DNA of 63,976 bases, filler included, from Craspedostauros australis (GCA_030167865.1; 5 parts of 5 records of this genome joined end to end with filler, not necessarily neighbours in it), one strand, 5' to 3'; shown: positions 34,883 to 48,800, numbered from the whole stretch's first letter. The notes: a model not told the origin generated them from the sequence alone. Made by a program: numbers and translations.

Positions 34883-36093
34883 CTTTGCTGTTGTCTTCGT
34901 TGCTGTCGTGAGACTGTTTGGTTCTGCACATCGGGCGCATTTGTATGTGTGCATGTATGCGTACGTGCCAGAAGAATGGGTTGGTATGAATCACGTATGG
35001 GTTGAGATTGGCAATGCGAGCATCACGTGTAAGTTTGGCGGCGAGTTCCGTCCCACGAACAACGGCAACGATTGTGAGTGTTGCAGTGATATGTTCGTTT
35101 GTGTGAGCGTAATTGTTGGTGTGTGAAATGACGCAATACGTGGTGGCGAGCAATGACAACGACGGCAATCAATGAAGATTAACGAGATCCATCAATCGAC
35201 ACAACATCGTGACGATTCGATCATGTCAAGATTGCGCACACAGGAGGCATCAGTTGCGCAGACGAAGGGAAGGGAAGGGAAGGGGAGAGAAGGAACGTGA
35301 TGGAAAAGAGCAGCTTGAGTTAATTCGGCTTGGAGGTGCGGGATTTGAGCACCTTGATGTGGAGTGGCGCGTGTCGGACATTGGCATGACACGAGGCATC
35401 CTGAACGAGATGGTCGCCATCGGCAGGCGCCGCAGCACCGCCGCATAACGAGGCGCGAAGATTGACTGGAATGTAGTAGGTATGGTGCTCACGCTCGTAA
35501 GTATCTTGCATCTTGAGCGTTGGTGCGTGCTGCCGTTTCACCAGTGCTGCTGCATCATCTGCGACACTGTCCGCGGCTCACGTGCGTGTTGACGTCGGTT
35601 TTGCAAATGAATACTCTCTCCGTTGTGTCGGTTTGAGTCTGTGCGTGCGCGTCTGTGCGTGCGCGTCTGTGCGTGCGCGTCTGTGCGTGTGCGTGTCTGT
35701 TGTCGATTCTTCCTCATGCACCAGCTCGGCTTCCATCCCCCTTTCTTCGTGATGTGCGCGTACCTTTTGAGCTGTTTCTCTTCGTTGCGGCCTCAGAGGG
35801 GCTTGTCTCTTTCTTACGCCTGCTGGTTGTTAGTTGATTGCTGGTTGCTGGCGTTTCCAATCTGATGATTGATCTGTTTTATGAGACTTTGTGTCGATTT
35901 CGGAGGCAACGAGGTGATTCCTGTGAGTTTGTTTCGCGGTGTTCTTAGTACACCCTTCCTCTGGAGGAAGATTGGGGGTTCAGCGAGGGCCAATTCTTCC
36001 TCCGAAGGAAAACCGCCCTCCAAAGGAAGGTTTCCGCCCTCTCAGGAGACAGCCAACCGGAACCACCTCCTAACACAAACTGGAGACCACACT

Positions 36094-36233
36094 TGTTGAG
36101 AAATCCACTGACCGTGAATTCAGAGTCCTTGCTTCACACAAATTGTGCTTTGTTTCTCATTTTGCTTTGTTGTCGTCATCGTTTTCTTGTTCTTGGTGGC
36201 GAATCACGAGACCAAGATTTCCATCTTGTCACA
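36094..36233 (+). repeat. LTR-like element end (TGTTGAG...), copy 2
   Basis: tgttgagaaatccactgaccgtgaattcagagtccttg...gagaccaagatttccatcttgtcaca; inverted relative to 31911-32039. Confidence 0.8.
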
Positions 36234-36279
36234 CAATTTCCTTTCTTCATTTTTGTATTCACACTTTGCATTCATTGTC

Positions 36280-36379
36280 NNNNNNNNNNNNNNNNNNNNN
36301 NNNNNNNNNNNNNNNNNNNNNNNTTAATTAATTAANNNNNNNNNNNNNNNNNNNNNNNNNNNNNNNNNNNNNNNNNNNN
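36280..36379. other. Artificial contig linker
   Basis: N-ttaattaattaa-N. Confidence 0.97.
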
Positions 36380-37094
36380 CTCGTGGAGGAGCTGATGCCG
36401 TTCACAGATATCGTGTCAGCGGTGACAATTGGATGGACCAGGGAGCACTACGGTGTTCATTCGTAGGCCACCAACGGGTTGAGGATGGAGGAAATGAGGC
36501 AAGCCGCGAGACCTGGCCATGGCCACCGGCCGTTTGCGTTGCGACTCCATGAGGCATTCGCAGATTTGCCGATGCCTACCATACTCGGACACGCAGATGC
36601 TGTGGAACTGAGAAGCGATATCCTCTCTCTCTCTCTCTCTCTCTCNNNNNNNNNNNNNNNNNNNNNNNNNNNNNNNCTTTTCTCCTGGTCCATAATACTA
36701 TTGTATTATATGAATGCTGCTGGGTATGAGAATGGATTTCATGCAGTCCTCGTACCCGGAGCGTATCACCACGGAATAAACATGAATCCGATCAAAATGG
36801 CGGCAAGCACACCTGCCATACGTACAAGAAATATTCCGCGAGCGGTCTGCATACGATAATACGAGCTATGCGGACGGAGGAGATTGGTAATGTACGTATG
36901 TATGTGCTTCTGTGAAGACGTTATAACATGTATCATATCATGGAGTAGATCGTTCATTCTTCAATCCTTGGGCTTCGATGGCATCCCTCATCCCATGGTC
37001 AAGGATTGTGACACAGCCTGGTGAGAGACCACCATCTGCCTTCATTGCTGCAACAGGAGCTGGATGCACGAGTATCCATACTCATTGAGTTGTG

Positions 37095-40000
37095 TCATTT
37101 GGGGCTCTTCGACAACTTGCTTGATTTGGGTGACTTGGATGACTTCGTCTTGCTCTCCTTTGATGACTTTTTCGATTTGTATGATTTCGCCCCCTTCGTG
37201 CTGCGCATGTAAGATGGTTGGGAGGAAGGGAAGGACGACAGCGTGGACGACAGCGTGGACGACAGCATGGACGACGGCGCGGATGACGGTGTGAATGACG
37301 GCGCGGACGACAGCGTGGATGACGGCGTGGACGACGGCGTGGATGGCGGCATCTTCGAGTTACCGTTGCAGAATTCCAGTGAACCCATGAAGTACACAAA
37401 GAGACCATCGCAGAGAGGAGGAGGATAATCACCGACAACCTCACTCGCCGTTCCCGTAAAGATAGTGAATGGGCAATTGCCGCAATCAATCCAGTCTGGA
37501 GGGATGGGAATGATGTCTTCTGTGAATTGGCTCCCCGTGCTCGTTCGTGTATCGATGCGGATGGAGATCACATCGTCGCTTTCGGATACAGCCAAAGGTT
37601 GATCGAATGCAACCACGTCTGTGAATTCACCATCACCTCTGGCCTCGATCGTTCCCGATGCAAGTTCTGTCCAACTCCCGGGTGTATCCCACGTACTTGG
37701 GCGATAGAAGATTGTGAAAGTTTGGTTCCCCGTCGATGGCAGGACAAGCCTCATGCCTGTGATGTCGACACTATCCAGAATCTGAATGTCGTGTCTCACT
37801 GAAGCGACCGTGTCAGGGAAGAATGGTCTTGGGAGACCTGCTGTTTTTGCGTCGCGGCAGGTGTCTGTTGGTGCCTGTGTGGGGCCTGCGGATGGCTGGA
37901 TTGTTGGCGATGTTGTCGTAGTGGGGGAAGCAGATCCAGTTGGCGGCATCTTCGAGTTACCGTTGCAGAATTCCAGTGAACCCCTGAAGTACTCAAAGAG
38001 ACCATCGCAGAGAGGAGGAGGATAATCACCGACAACATCGCTCGCCATTCCCGTAAAGATAGTGAATGGGCAATTGCCGCAATCAAGCCAGTCTGGAGGG
38101 ATGGGAATGATGTTGTCCGACCAGTCATGCCCTGAGCTCGTTCGTGTATCGATCCGGATGGAGATCACGCCGTCGCTTTCGGACACAGCCAAAGGTTGAT
38201 CGAATGCAATCACATCTGTGAATTCACCATCACCTCTGGCCTCGATCGTTCCCGATGCAAGTTCTGCCCAACTCCCGGGTGCATCCCAAGTACTTGGGCG
38301 GTAGAAGATTGTGAAAGTTTGGTTCCCCGTCGATGGCAGGACAAGCCTCATGCCTGTGATGTCGACACTATCCAGAATCTGAATGTCGTGTCGCACTGAA
38401 GCGACCGTGTCAGCGAAGAATGATCTTGGGAGACCTGCTGTTTTTGCGTCGCGGCAGGTGTCTGTTGGTGCCTGTGTGGGGCCTGCGGATGTCTGGATTG
38501 TTGGCGATGCTGTCGTAGTGGGGGAAGCAGATCCGGTTGGCATCTCGGTGCTCAGATCCGGGCAGAATTTGAGGACGCCGTAAAAGACAGGGAACCCATC
38601 GCGGAAATTGGGCGGTCTGTTTCCAACTTCGAGGCTACCTTGTCCGGTGAATACCTCGAATGGGCAGTCTGGGCACTCGAAGAATCTCTCCGGGATCACA
38701 ATCGGAAATGATGAGGCCAAACTCCTCAATCTGTCGGCCATGTCAATGCGGAAGGATACAATGTCATCCTCCGCAGACACCACCACAGGCTGGTCAAATA
38801 CGAGGGAGGGGGACAAGCCAGACGAGTCCGTTTCTCCGTTGTTTCCTGATGCAATCTGAGTCCAGTCGCCATCGGCATCCCAGGTGCTTGGGCGGAAGAA
38901 GATCGTGTATGGCATGTTGGTGAGTTCAGGAGCCACGACGACCTTGATGGCGGTGAATTCGATGCGGTCCAGTATGCGAACATCGAATCTGAATGACTCA
39001 ATGCGCTCAACTGAGCGAGATTCGCTGGGCGTTGCGGAATCCCACGCTTCGCAAGTTTCGGTTGGAACATTCGATGGGGGTGATGACATTGATGGTGCCA
39101 TAGAAACGGATGGTGCCACACTTGGTGGTTGGCTGAAATCCAGTTTCACGCTCACCGTCGCACACATGGGTGTGGCCGACTCATCATCGATGTTGGATAC
39201 CGAAATGACGATCCCATCCAGCAAAGACGACCGGGCATCAATTCTGTACGATGGTTCTGTCATGTCCAGGATGGCCTCCAGGTGAGAGAATCGCGTCTGG
39301 GTGGTGCCGTGGTCTTGTGCCCTTGTCACGAGGACCTGATCCCTGCCCAGCGGAGAATCGGCGTTGAAGCCTATGGCTCTGTTGAAGGCGATGTAGTAGT
39401 TCAATTCACTCTCAGGATCGTCAATTCGGATGATGACGTCGAAGCTGGTGTCAGCGGGGTCATAATCGACCACTCCGCAGAGCCTTCCCTCGAAGTCGAT
39501 GTCTTGACCTCCGGTGAGCAATGTGGTCTGATCGGAGTACCACCCCATCAGCCAGCTCTTGGCACCTATGTGTGGTGGAGCAGGCGCATGAGTAATGATA
39601 TTGAAGGGGTAGGTTTGCAGCATGAGCAAGAGAGTGTGAAATGATTTGTCGTGGACGTAAAGAACGAAACGATGGAGAAGGTAACGATTGGTGAGGCAGT
39701 GTACGTAGAGCGTCGCATCGCATCGCGTGTGATGAGGTGACAAGACTCCTCCTGGACCGGAATCATCTGGGCCCTTGCTCTCCACAAGGCGGCACCGTAG
39801 CACTTACCGTTGTATCCCACCTTATCAATCAGCGTTTCATCACCAATTTGATTGTATATTGCTCCGCCCATCGCGCCGCTGCGGCATGATAGTCGATGTT
39901 GGGGTCGGAATCCATTGGCCGGAAAATGTCAACAATGAGGAAGAGGATCCACGAAGACTGGGGTTAGATGGGCTTCGAACGATAAACAGGTTTCCTGTCA

Positions 40001-41628
40001 TGTGATGAGGACCAGAACATGGCAGACGTGTCCAATGTGCTCTCTCCGAAGTTCGATTGTGTGCGTTCTTGTGTCCGCTCGTCCATCCGCCTACAATGAT
40101 TGATGCAGAATGTCGCAGATCGTCTCCAACCTCTCTCTCTCTCTCTCTCTGTTGGCACATTGGCTGCGCTTACCTGACATCTCCGTACTCTACCCCGTTC
40201 CGATTGGAATGGCCAAGCCCGAAGTTGTGACCGAGTTCGTGGACGATTATGGAAGGGTTGGCTGCCCAGTGCGTGTCTGGATAGTTTCTGACACCGTTGT
40301 ACATGCCGATCTTTTGGTCGCGATAAGCGTACGCTGTGAATCAGTGGTGTGTCGGTTGCATTGGTGCGCGTTGATAATCGGGAGAGTTTGATTCGCACGG
40401 AAGAAAGATGGTATTGCACGGTGGAGTGAGATGGGTTGGATAGGAGTATGAGCACGGGTGGAGCTCGTCACGATACCAGCGCGTAATGTTGATGAGGAAG
40501 ATACAAGTTGTGTGGTCCTTGTCAGCACTTACCGGTCCAGTCAGTGTCAGTGTCAATGCCAATGCCCAGCCCCAACCCGAACGGGACCAGGATCAAGAAT
40601 AAATCAAAGTCATCATAGATCTTGACCTCCTGCTTCAGATATTGGGAGACAAGATTATCAAACAATATTGCCTCGAGAGTGGTGGGATCGACGTCAGGGG
40701 GGAACTCAATTGTCAAAATCCCATCATCTGTCCCATTCGTCGGCATGGTGGAGAGCCTCAGCTTGTCAAAAGACATGGCTGCAAACTGGTCGGTGAAGTT
40801 GGGTTGAGAGCCGAAGATCTCGTCTTTGATGAGGGATTTGGGAACTGTGTAGTTGGTTTGGAAGACGACCTGGATGAAGAGGAACTTCTTGTCGCCAGAA
40901 CCANGGACATCAGGAGTGGTCAGAGAACGACCATGTCCATGGCCATCGCTTTGTTCGCTTCGTTGATGATGCTCGATCGTCATGTCATCGATGATCTTCA
41001 AGTCCGGCAGCTTCAAGGAGAAGTCGGTGACATCGATGATGACATTCTCCAGAAACAACGTGGACTTGGAAGAGGGAGTTGGCCATGCCTTGTTGTTCTT
41101 GGCCCATTCCGGCGTCAGCCCTTCGATGGCCATATGCACAGGCCCATGCACTTCCTCATCGGAGCCTTGGAGCATGCAAGATAAGTCAGTTGCATCCGTT
41201 CCGTCGGCAGCGCCGATGATACGTGCCGAGACGAGGCATGGCTCCTGTAGGATACTGTGTTCGNCCGAGGCAGCGTCATGCGTCTGAATTGAGTTCGATT
41301 CAGTTGTTGGTTGTGTGATGAAGGACGTGACGTGAAGTGACGTGACGTAATGTGTTGTGATGTATTGCATAATACAAGGTACAGAATCATGGTTGAGTTG
41401 AGGATGAGATCATTGAATTGGATGCACGTACGCGTATGTCTGTGGATGCGGATGCGGCAAGGCAAGAATGCCAGCAAAGAAGGAGCCCCCACACGTCGAG
41501 ACAACAGTGACAGTTGCCATCTTGCTCGTACTCACCAGCCACCTTGACATCGGGGATGCTGCTGCCGTAGCGACAAGCGCCGCAAGCAGCACAGCAGCAA
41601 GGATTCGTTGGCAGAAGTGAGAATGCAT
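37095..41628 (-). CDS. Gametolysin/peptidase M11-like secreted metzincin, 5 exons, with repeated C-terminal domains and a Lys/Ser tail
   Basis: Exons 41628-41536, 41283-40533, 40333-40174, 39878-39808, 39565-37095, all GT-AG and phase-compatible; signal peptide; WTAYAY; HELGHNFGLGHS; EYGDVSGAMG Met-turn; NGAKSWLMGWY. Confidence 0.9.
37344..38540. repeat. 597 bp in-frame tandem duplication inside the M11 gene
   Basis: 37344-37940 and 37941-38540 are near-identical; a diverged third copy lies at ~38560-39050. Confidence 0.95.
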
Positions 41629-42193
41629 GGCTTTTCGTCATCAACGAGATGAAGGATTTATGAGATGATTTGGAGTCCGAGGAAGGAANNNNNNNNNNNN
41701 NNNNNNNNNNNNNNNNNNNNNNNNNNNNNNNNNNNNNNNNNNNNNNNNNNNNNTGCGGTGAACGCTTCCCTCTTGTGTGGGTGGGATTTTCGGTCGCCTC
41801 TTGTCGCAACTGGGGTTGATGCGAGGTTGGGGATGTGTTCATGATCGGTGGTGGAGCACTCGTATTGGCATGGTGCTGTCTCTGTGGCCGTTCGCTGGAA
41901 CTCTGTGTGCCAAGGTTTCTCAATTTTATACGTGATTTTGTGAGGGAGCCGCCCCAACAGCTCACTTGGAAACGTCCGATCACCACAAATTTTATGGACG
42001 AACAGAACAAATTTGTCGTGTCGATGTCGCTCACGACGATCAATTTATGGACCAATCTTGTGTCACACGTTGTCAACGGAACTCAAATTTGTGAGTGGAA
42101 CTACCCTGAGCGCACTTGAGTGATTGTGACATCGGATTTGTGGCATTTTGCGCCCATTGGGTCATCGAAGTGACGATCGGATGACGCCATCCG

Positions 42194-42293
42194 NNNNNNN
42201 NNNNNNNNNNNNNNNNNNNNNNNNNNNNNNNNNNNNNTTAATTAATTAANNNNNNNNNNNNNNNNNNNNNNNNNNNNNNNNNNNNNNNNNNNN
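42194..42293. other. Artificial contig linker
   Basis: N-ttaattaattaa-N. Confidence 0.97.
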
Positions 42294-42639
42294 CGTCTAC
42301 GTCGACGAGGTGCATGCATCACCTCTGACGATGTTGTTCTGGATCCTAAATGTTGTTGCTACGTGCTCAATGATGCACTCGGCATGGCTAGACAGGTCAG
42401 CGTACCATGACTAAAACATAATCTCGATTCCGAGGATCACAATGACCGATCCTCTGATGTCATCGATGATGTCAGTGCCTACGTCAGATTCGATGACAGT
42501 AGTGACTGAATCTTAATCGTGTATCAAGACTCATCCGACTATACTCTCAAATCGAGTCGAATCAGATAATATTGAATCACGTTCTAGTCATGGGAGATGG
42601 GTACCTTAATTTCGATCTAGATGTTGATATCGCCAGAAC

Positions 42640-45178
42640 CATCGCGAGAGACTACGTGTTCGGGCACACTGACAATATGGGAATGGGGATCCAACACCTC
42701 CACACCAATCAAGTGATAGCCCACCTGTCGACGATCATGCGACACTTTGAGCAGCCCACCGACACTGGCAAGCTGCTGCGGACGTCCCTGAGGCATTTGG
42801 AGCTGTGGACAGGACTGCCTGGGCGGCTCCAACAAACAGAGACGGAGTGGAGAGCCTGGACCGCGGCCACATGGTGGCAGAACACATTCCAGTCAGCGAC
42901 GGAGTTGGGTATCATCATGACAGAGCAAAGACACCAGGCGAGGCCCCCGAGAGACGGAGACGAGCTCGTCATGCACCTTGCCATCAGTGCGGGGGTGCAC
43001 CGCTCCACGCTGGCGCTGGCAAACGCAGCCAGACTGTATCTGCGAGTGCTCTGGCTATCAGACATCGCCACCGCCCAAGGCGATCAAGTCCGATCCCGCA
43101 TCCTCCAACACTCCCGACTACCGGCCGGAACCACGAGGTGGCCAGTGGTGGGAGGAGTCTCCAAGAAGGCCTGGGAGGCATGGGACCAAGTGCTTCAGGC
43201 GCTCGTCGCGACAGACCGACCGGGATGGCATGTGAGACACAAACTGGGGCCGTGGTTAACCACCCCGAGGCGACGCGCCACCCTACGCCCAGACGGGACG
43301 GTCACACTGCCAGGCCAGACTGCTACAACTGACAGGGCCGACCAAGATCCAGCCACGGTCATTGACCGGGCGCCCAGACGATCGGGTATGGTCATCATAT
43401 CTCAAGGGCAGATCCGCCGGCCACCACCTCCCTCCACGCTGCGCGAATGGTTGCGAAGCAAAGGGCCAGCGGCGGCGCATATGCTGTCCGACATACAAGT
43501 CCATGGCAGCATTCACCACGTAGTCCAAGCAATTGCCACAGGCACGTGCTCAGCCTGCAGCGACGCATCGGCCAAGAACAGCCAAGGGACTGCGGCCGCC
43601 GTCATCCAACGGGCCCCAAACGACGAGGACCACCAAATTGTCGCAACTACCGAAGTGCCAATCGGGTCGCACGCCACCGACTCCAACCGATTGGAACTCG
43701 CCGGGGTTCTAATGTCGGTGTGGATCATCACCTCGGTAGCAGAGTGGGCAGGCATACAGGGGACGGCGACGATCGCGTGCGACAACAACAGGGCACTGCG
43801 CGCCGCCGATCCATCCCTATGGCCGGACCCCAGCAAACCAGATTACGACCTCTGGTCGGAGCTGGTCCGATGTCTGCGGGAATCACCAGTACGATTCCAA
43901 CAGCAGGAGGTCCAAGGCCACGCCGACGACGACGGCCGTCTGCTGACGGACTGGGAGAAAATGAATGTCCTAGCCGACAAGCACGCGGGACGTCGCTGGA
44001 CAGCAGCCTTCGCCGTCCACGGGCCGCAGGCCCCAGAGCTGATCATACAGACAGGTGGATGGCACCTGAGCACCACACGAGGCACCATCTCCGATCTGAA
44101 CTACTGGACCGTCTCCAAAGCTCTCCATCGGAACGACGTCCAAGCCAAATGGTGTAGCAGGTGGGGCCAAAGCCAGCCAGCCGAGGTGGACTGGATGCCC
44201 CTACGCTCCGTCTCACGGAAATGGAAGGGCGGCAAGCGGCGAACCCTGCTCAAACTCATGACAGGCACCAGCGCCAGCGGAAAGAATATGGCCAGGAGAC
44301 AGCAGACGACGACAGACCGCTGCCCCCGATGCGGGAGGTCCGAGGACAACTCCCACATCATCATGTGCCCCGGCCAGTCCAGCCAAGCTATCTGGGCCAA
44401 GGCGATACAGAAGGTGCGGTCAATCGTGCGACCGCCAACGACGCCACCGGCGATCGCCCAGCTAGTATGCACGGCAATACAGCGCATCACCACCGGGGGC
44501 CTCCCACCATCCGGCATCAGAGACTCTCCCACCAAGGACATACAATTGCACCAGAGCAAGGTGGGTTGGAATGCGATGGTTTGGGGAGGATGGGCCGTTC
44601 AGTGGAGATCTCAGGCGCCGCCCATGGCACCTCACCGCCGCAGGCGAGCCCCGAGATTGCTCCATGACTGGCAAGCCAGCGTCACCAATACCCTGTGGCA
44701 CGCAGTGCTGGCCCAGTGGCAGGATCGGAACGAAGCCAAAGCAGCCCTGACGAGCGACGACATGACGCCAGTGTTGCTCCAGTACTTCCAAGCGTTGCGA
44801 TCGCAGGCAGCGTCCACCATACCAGCGACGCTGCGCCCGCTCTGGGAACGCCCCCCTAACGCTGAGGCGACCAGCCAAATCATTCCATGGGTCCAGACCT
44901 TGCGCCAGAGCCTCGGCGACTCCGCTCCGCCAATCGACAGGGTGCTGGTGAACTGGATGAGCAACGCTAGCCGCCACGCCCGTACCCGACCACACGAAGA
45001 CACACCCAACAACCAGTCGCTGCGCGCACCACACTCCCAGCGATGATCGCCCACGACACACAGAAGAAACACATATGCATCCGTTCCCGCTGCGTGCTGA
45101 CACGTAGAATAAACGAGGCGGAATCAAAGCGCCCCCGGCGCATGACCTAACAGTTAGAATCCGTGTGATATATATATA
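42640..45178 (+). mobile_element. 5'-truncated Ambal-like non-LTR retrotransposon (RT thumb, RNase H, CCHC finger)
   Basis: RDYVFG..GMG; NAARLYLRVLWLSDI; RNase H CSDAS, SNRLELAG, CDN, DYDL, VQGHAD, NVLADKHA; RCPRCGRSEDNSHIIMC; open to TGA 45046; (TA)n at 45168-45178; GC-richer than flanks. Confidence 0.85.
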
Positions 45179-45809
45179 GAATCCAATCGCCATGGATTGC
45201 GACCATTTTGTGAGTTTGGCCAGTCCTGTGCTAGAACAGGTATTTGTACCTAGACAGTAGCAGATATGACCAAGGTGGCCTGGCAGGCAGAGCGGTTCGA
45301 TTCCGCAGCACCTTATGTTGCAACAGTCCTGCGTACGAGGCTATCTGCCCCTTTGCATTCACATTTGTCGGTTTCGAATTCACAGCAGAAACAGTCAGTA
45401 TCTGTGCGTGATAGTGTAGATGTTGTAGGTACTGTGTGGGATGAGGATCGGAGGGATTACGAGGACAGGAGACGGACGTGTGAGGGCCTTGCGGACCGTC
45501 TGTCCATCGTCAGGCCCATGGGTATGGCTACTCACCACGCGCACAAAAACCCTTGTGCCATCAGAAAAGTGTCCAGATCCAGAATCCGCAACGCAGACTC
45601 CACATGCATGTCCTCTCATAATCTGCGGACGACTAATCACATTGAGGAAGAGACCGACAGCACCCGCCGAAGCCCCTGGCATGGCAGCGGTCTCTGCTTT
45701 CGATGGACCAGCGCATGCGGCATGGAGTGACATCGAGTGCAACGCAGCGGAATGAATTGCATTGGCACGATCCGTGCCGCCGTTACCACCGTCGCCCCAA
45801 GGAACAGCC

Positions 45810-48800
45810 ATGTCGGAACGATCTACCGCCGCGTTCGGCGCACGGTCCAGCACAACTGCTAGCAACAGCAGTAGCAACTCCGACTCTGGCGATGCCGGCA
45901 GTCGACAAGTGCTGCGCGGCACCATTACCCACCGTTTGGACCACTCCGCATTCCGTCGCATCAGCAATGCGTCCACATCCACGCCTGCCCGGACTCCTAC
46001 GTTCGTGTCCACGACGGTCCCAAACAAGGAATGCATTGCGCGGAAGCGAAAGCATGCGGAAAGCGCAGTAGGTCCAGTAGAGCTGGGTGCAGATTCGATC
46101 GATGCACAATCGCTGCAGCCAACATCAGTACCAGAAGCATCGTCGCGGCGTGACAGAACCGATAGAGCGTCAGCAGCCCAAACCATACTTGGCTGTGCAG
46201 GTTTCATCTTCACGCCGGATACATCCAACCCTTCAACACCGCAGCAGAAGCATCAACGGCAGCAACAACAGCAACAGCAACGATATTATGCCGCACAAAG
46301 CTACGTTGCATGCATCACCCATGCGCAGTCTTGGCATGTTCGTTCGGCCATCGAACTCCATCGCAAGATTTGCATTTTGGATTGGGAAGAATTCTATTGG
46401 CGCTGTGATTTGAAGACGATCTCTCCTTCTGTACATGATGATGATTACGACAACGCCATGGAACCGGAATCAACCCACATATCCGTTCCTGTTCTCATGA
46501 TCAAGCATCTTCGTGTGGATGAAGGTACTAGCAGCGTCGCGATACCTGCCACCATTCCAGACACTTGGGCAGGCAATGGCCTCGTTTGGACCCTGTCTCA
46601 ATTCCGTCGCAAGGAGTACCTCGACGAATACATGCACAAGCATGAGACCGCACAAACAGCGAACGACACTCCAGGCTCACCGCACACTGTTTCGGATCGA
46701 GAAGACTGTTCTGACCACGACAAGCACTGCATTCGGGGTGTCGTGGATGCGGTTTCTCCAATCTTCATTAATGCCGAGGGACTGCCATGCGCGATCGTTC
46801 AGTTGTCAGATGAAGATGATGCTAATGGTCGCAGCAATGCCCACAATGGCCGCCATGGCGTTGACAGCAGCCCCATCGTGACAGCCACTTGCATCGTTGT
46901 GCTGCAAGGAAGCGACGCAATGGTGAATCATGCATCCATCCTACCGCAGCAGAAGATCACGATTACGGCGCGCAAGACATCGCGGAAGGTACCACGGGCT
47001 GCAGGCACCGCTGCGCCCACAATTGCAGGCATCGATGCAAGGATCAATCCACGATCAGTGCAAACTGGCATGCCTTCAAGCATCTTTCTTGTAACACTGG
47101 CGAGCGATATGCGATGGGACGCAAGTCCTTCCACTCCCACGGACGTCTCAAAGCACCGCACACTTCCGATTCGAGGCACAGTCACGCGACGGCAACTCTC
47201 TTGTCAACCGGCGCCGTTCTCGATCACGAGTACGAGGATTCGCTGGTTTGAGATATTCGATGAGTCTCGCAGACAGAAGATAGTCGTGTACCTTACGGAG
47301 TTCCCAACGAGCTTCGCGCTCCAGCTGTCACTCCTACCAGGCGCAGTCGTCGAGGTATGGAACGCCACGTCCATGCACCCGAAGACGCCACAAACCAAGC
47401 TGCCCATCTTCGCGGCGACATTGCGAACGACAGTGTCTCTGGTGCAGCATTCTCGTGCGAATGCATCAAGATTCCTCCAGCATGAAGGCAAAAAGTGCAC
47501 CCCATCCAACTTTCTTCCGTATCATCTGTCCCACACGCAGCAGCCGCATCTGGGAGGCATCCTGCATGAGCAAATGTCAAGGTGGCGAGATACTGATGGC
47601 GGAGATGCGCATTCCACGGACGACACGAATACTGGTATCATGAGAACATCTCCCAACCGCATCCTTCAAAGCCGCCAGCGCCCTCCATTGACACAGAAAG
47701 AAGAGGGCCCGCCTCAATGCAACTACAAGCGCCACGGACTAAGGTGCCCAAAACGGAGTCTTGGGAACATCAATATCAACATCAATGTGAACGACAACAT
47801 GAAACCGCAGCCCCACCGCCTCGAGAGTTCCGCTGAGGCCCTCGCACAGTTTTGGTGTCCCTCCGCTGGTTGCCCTGCGAACTGTGGTTCGCCATCTCGC
47901 ACTGCACACCACAACCACAACTCTCCTGGATTCCCCGTACCGATAGACCTAGCATCCATTCAATCCACTGCCATCGCACTGATCAAGGAATCCCTCCGAT
48001 CTCACATCTTCAAGCTAGAGAGCGCCGATTCAACATCCGTCTCATCGATTCGGGTTGGATGGACGGGCTCCAAACACATCGATCCATCCGATGTCGTAGA
48101 TCTCGGTGAGCCCGATGTACATCGCTTCACGAAAGCGACACCATTGGTATTCGCCGCCATTCGTAACGCATCAGCAACAAATTGCGCACAGGGCTCATCC
48201 TTCGTTGCGGAGTCTGCTGGGTGCCGAATGATCTTGCATACTCAACCACGACGAGGTGCTACCACTAGCATCGCACAGGACAATGTAAGCTTCGTGATCG
48301 TGGAGAAAATCATTGCTTCCGTTCTTTGCTTCGGCGTACCTGGCCCACCTTCCCATCCGCAACCTTTGCAAGGTGCAGATCGCCACCAGAAGCTCCCGTT
48401 CGACGACTCTGTGCCGGGCGGAGATTGCTTTGTGTTGATTGTTGAACACTATATCTTCGTGCTCAGCCTCCAGCTCCTGGAGGGCAGCAGCGCAACGTCG
48501 GAGATGGTCAAGGAATCAGACACTATCGCAAGCTGTGGAAGAGCAGCAACCACAACTGCAGCCACAACCGCATCCATAGCACCAGCAGAAGCCGAAGCAG
48601 CAACCCGAGCAGGAGCGACCACAAACATGTACAGGCACGATGTGTCATGCACCATCTCTGAATGCCTACACACGTCTATTACATTGATCAGCACGGAGGG
48701 GAGAGTTCCAAAAAGCATATTCGGATTACTCGTTCGATCTCACCACATCGCCTTTGCTCCGAAACACCCAGCTGGACAAGTCAATATGACGTGCGTCGCA

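Noticed and set aside
35636..35700. (GTCTGTGCGTGCGC)n, (CT)n/(GA)n and (ATGCT)n tracts here and at 8395, 18655, 23190, 36623, 40131
   Set aside because: Ordinary micro/minisatellites in intergenic or intronic DNA.
23691..42249. Recurrent TTAATTAATTAA palindrome as a biological motif or TSD
   Set aside because: Always embedded in fixed-length N runs; it is a six-frame-stop contig linker, so adjacency across it is meaningless.
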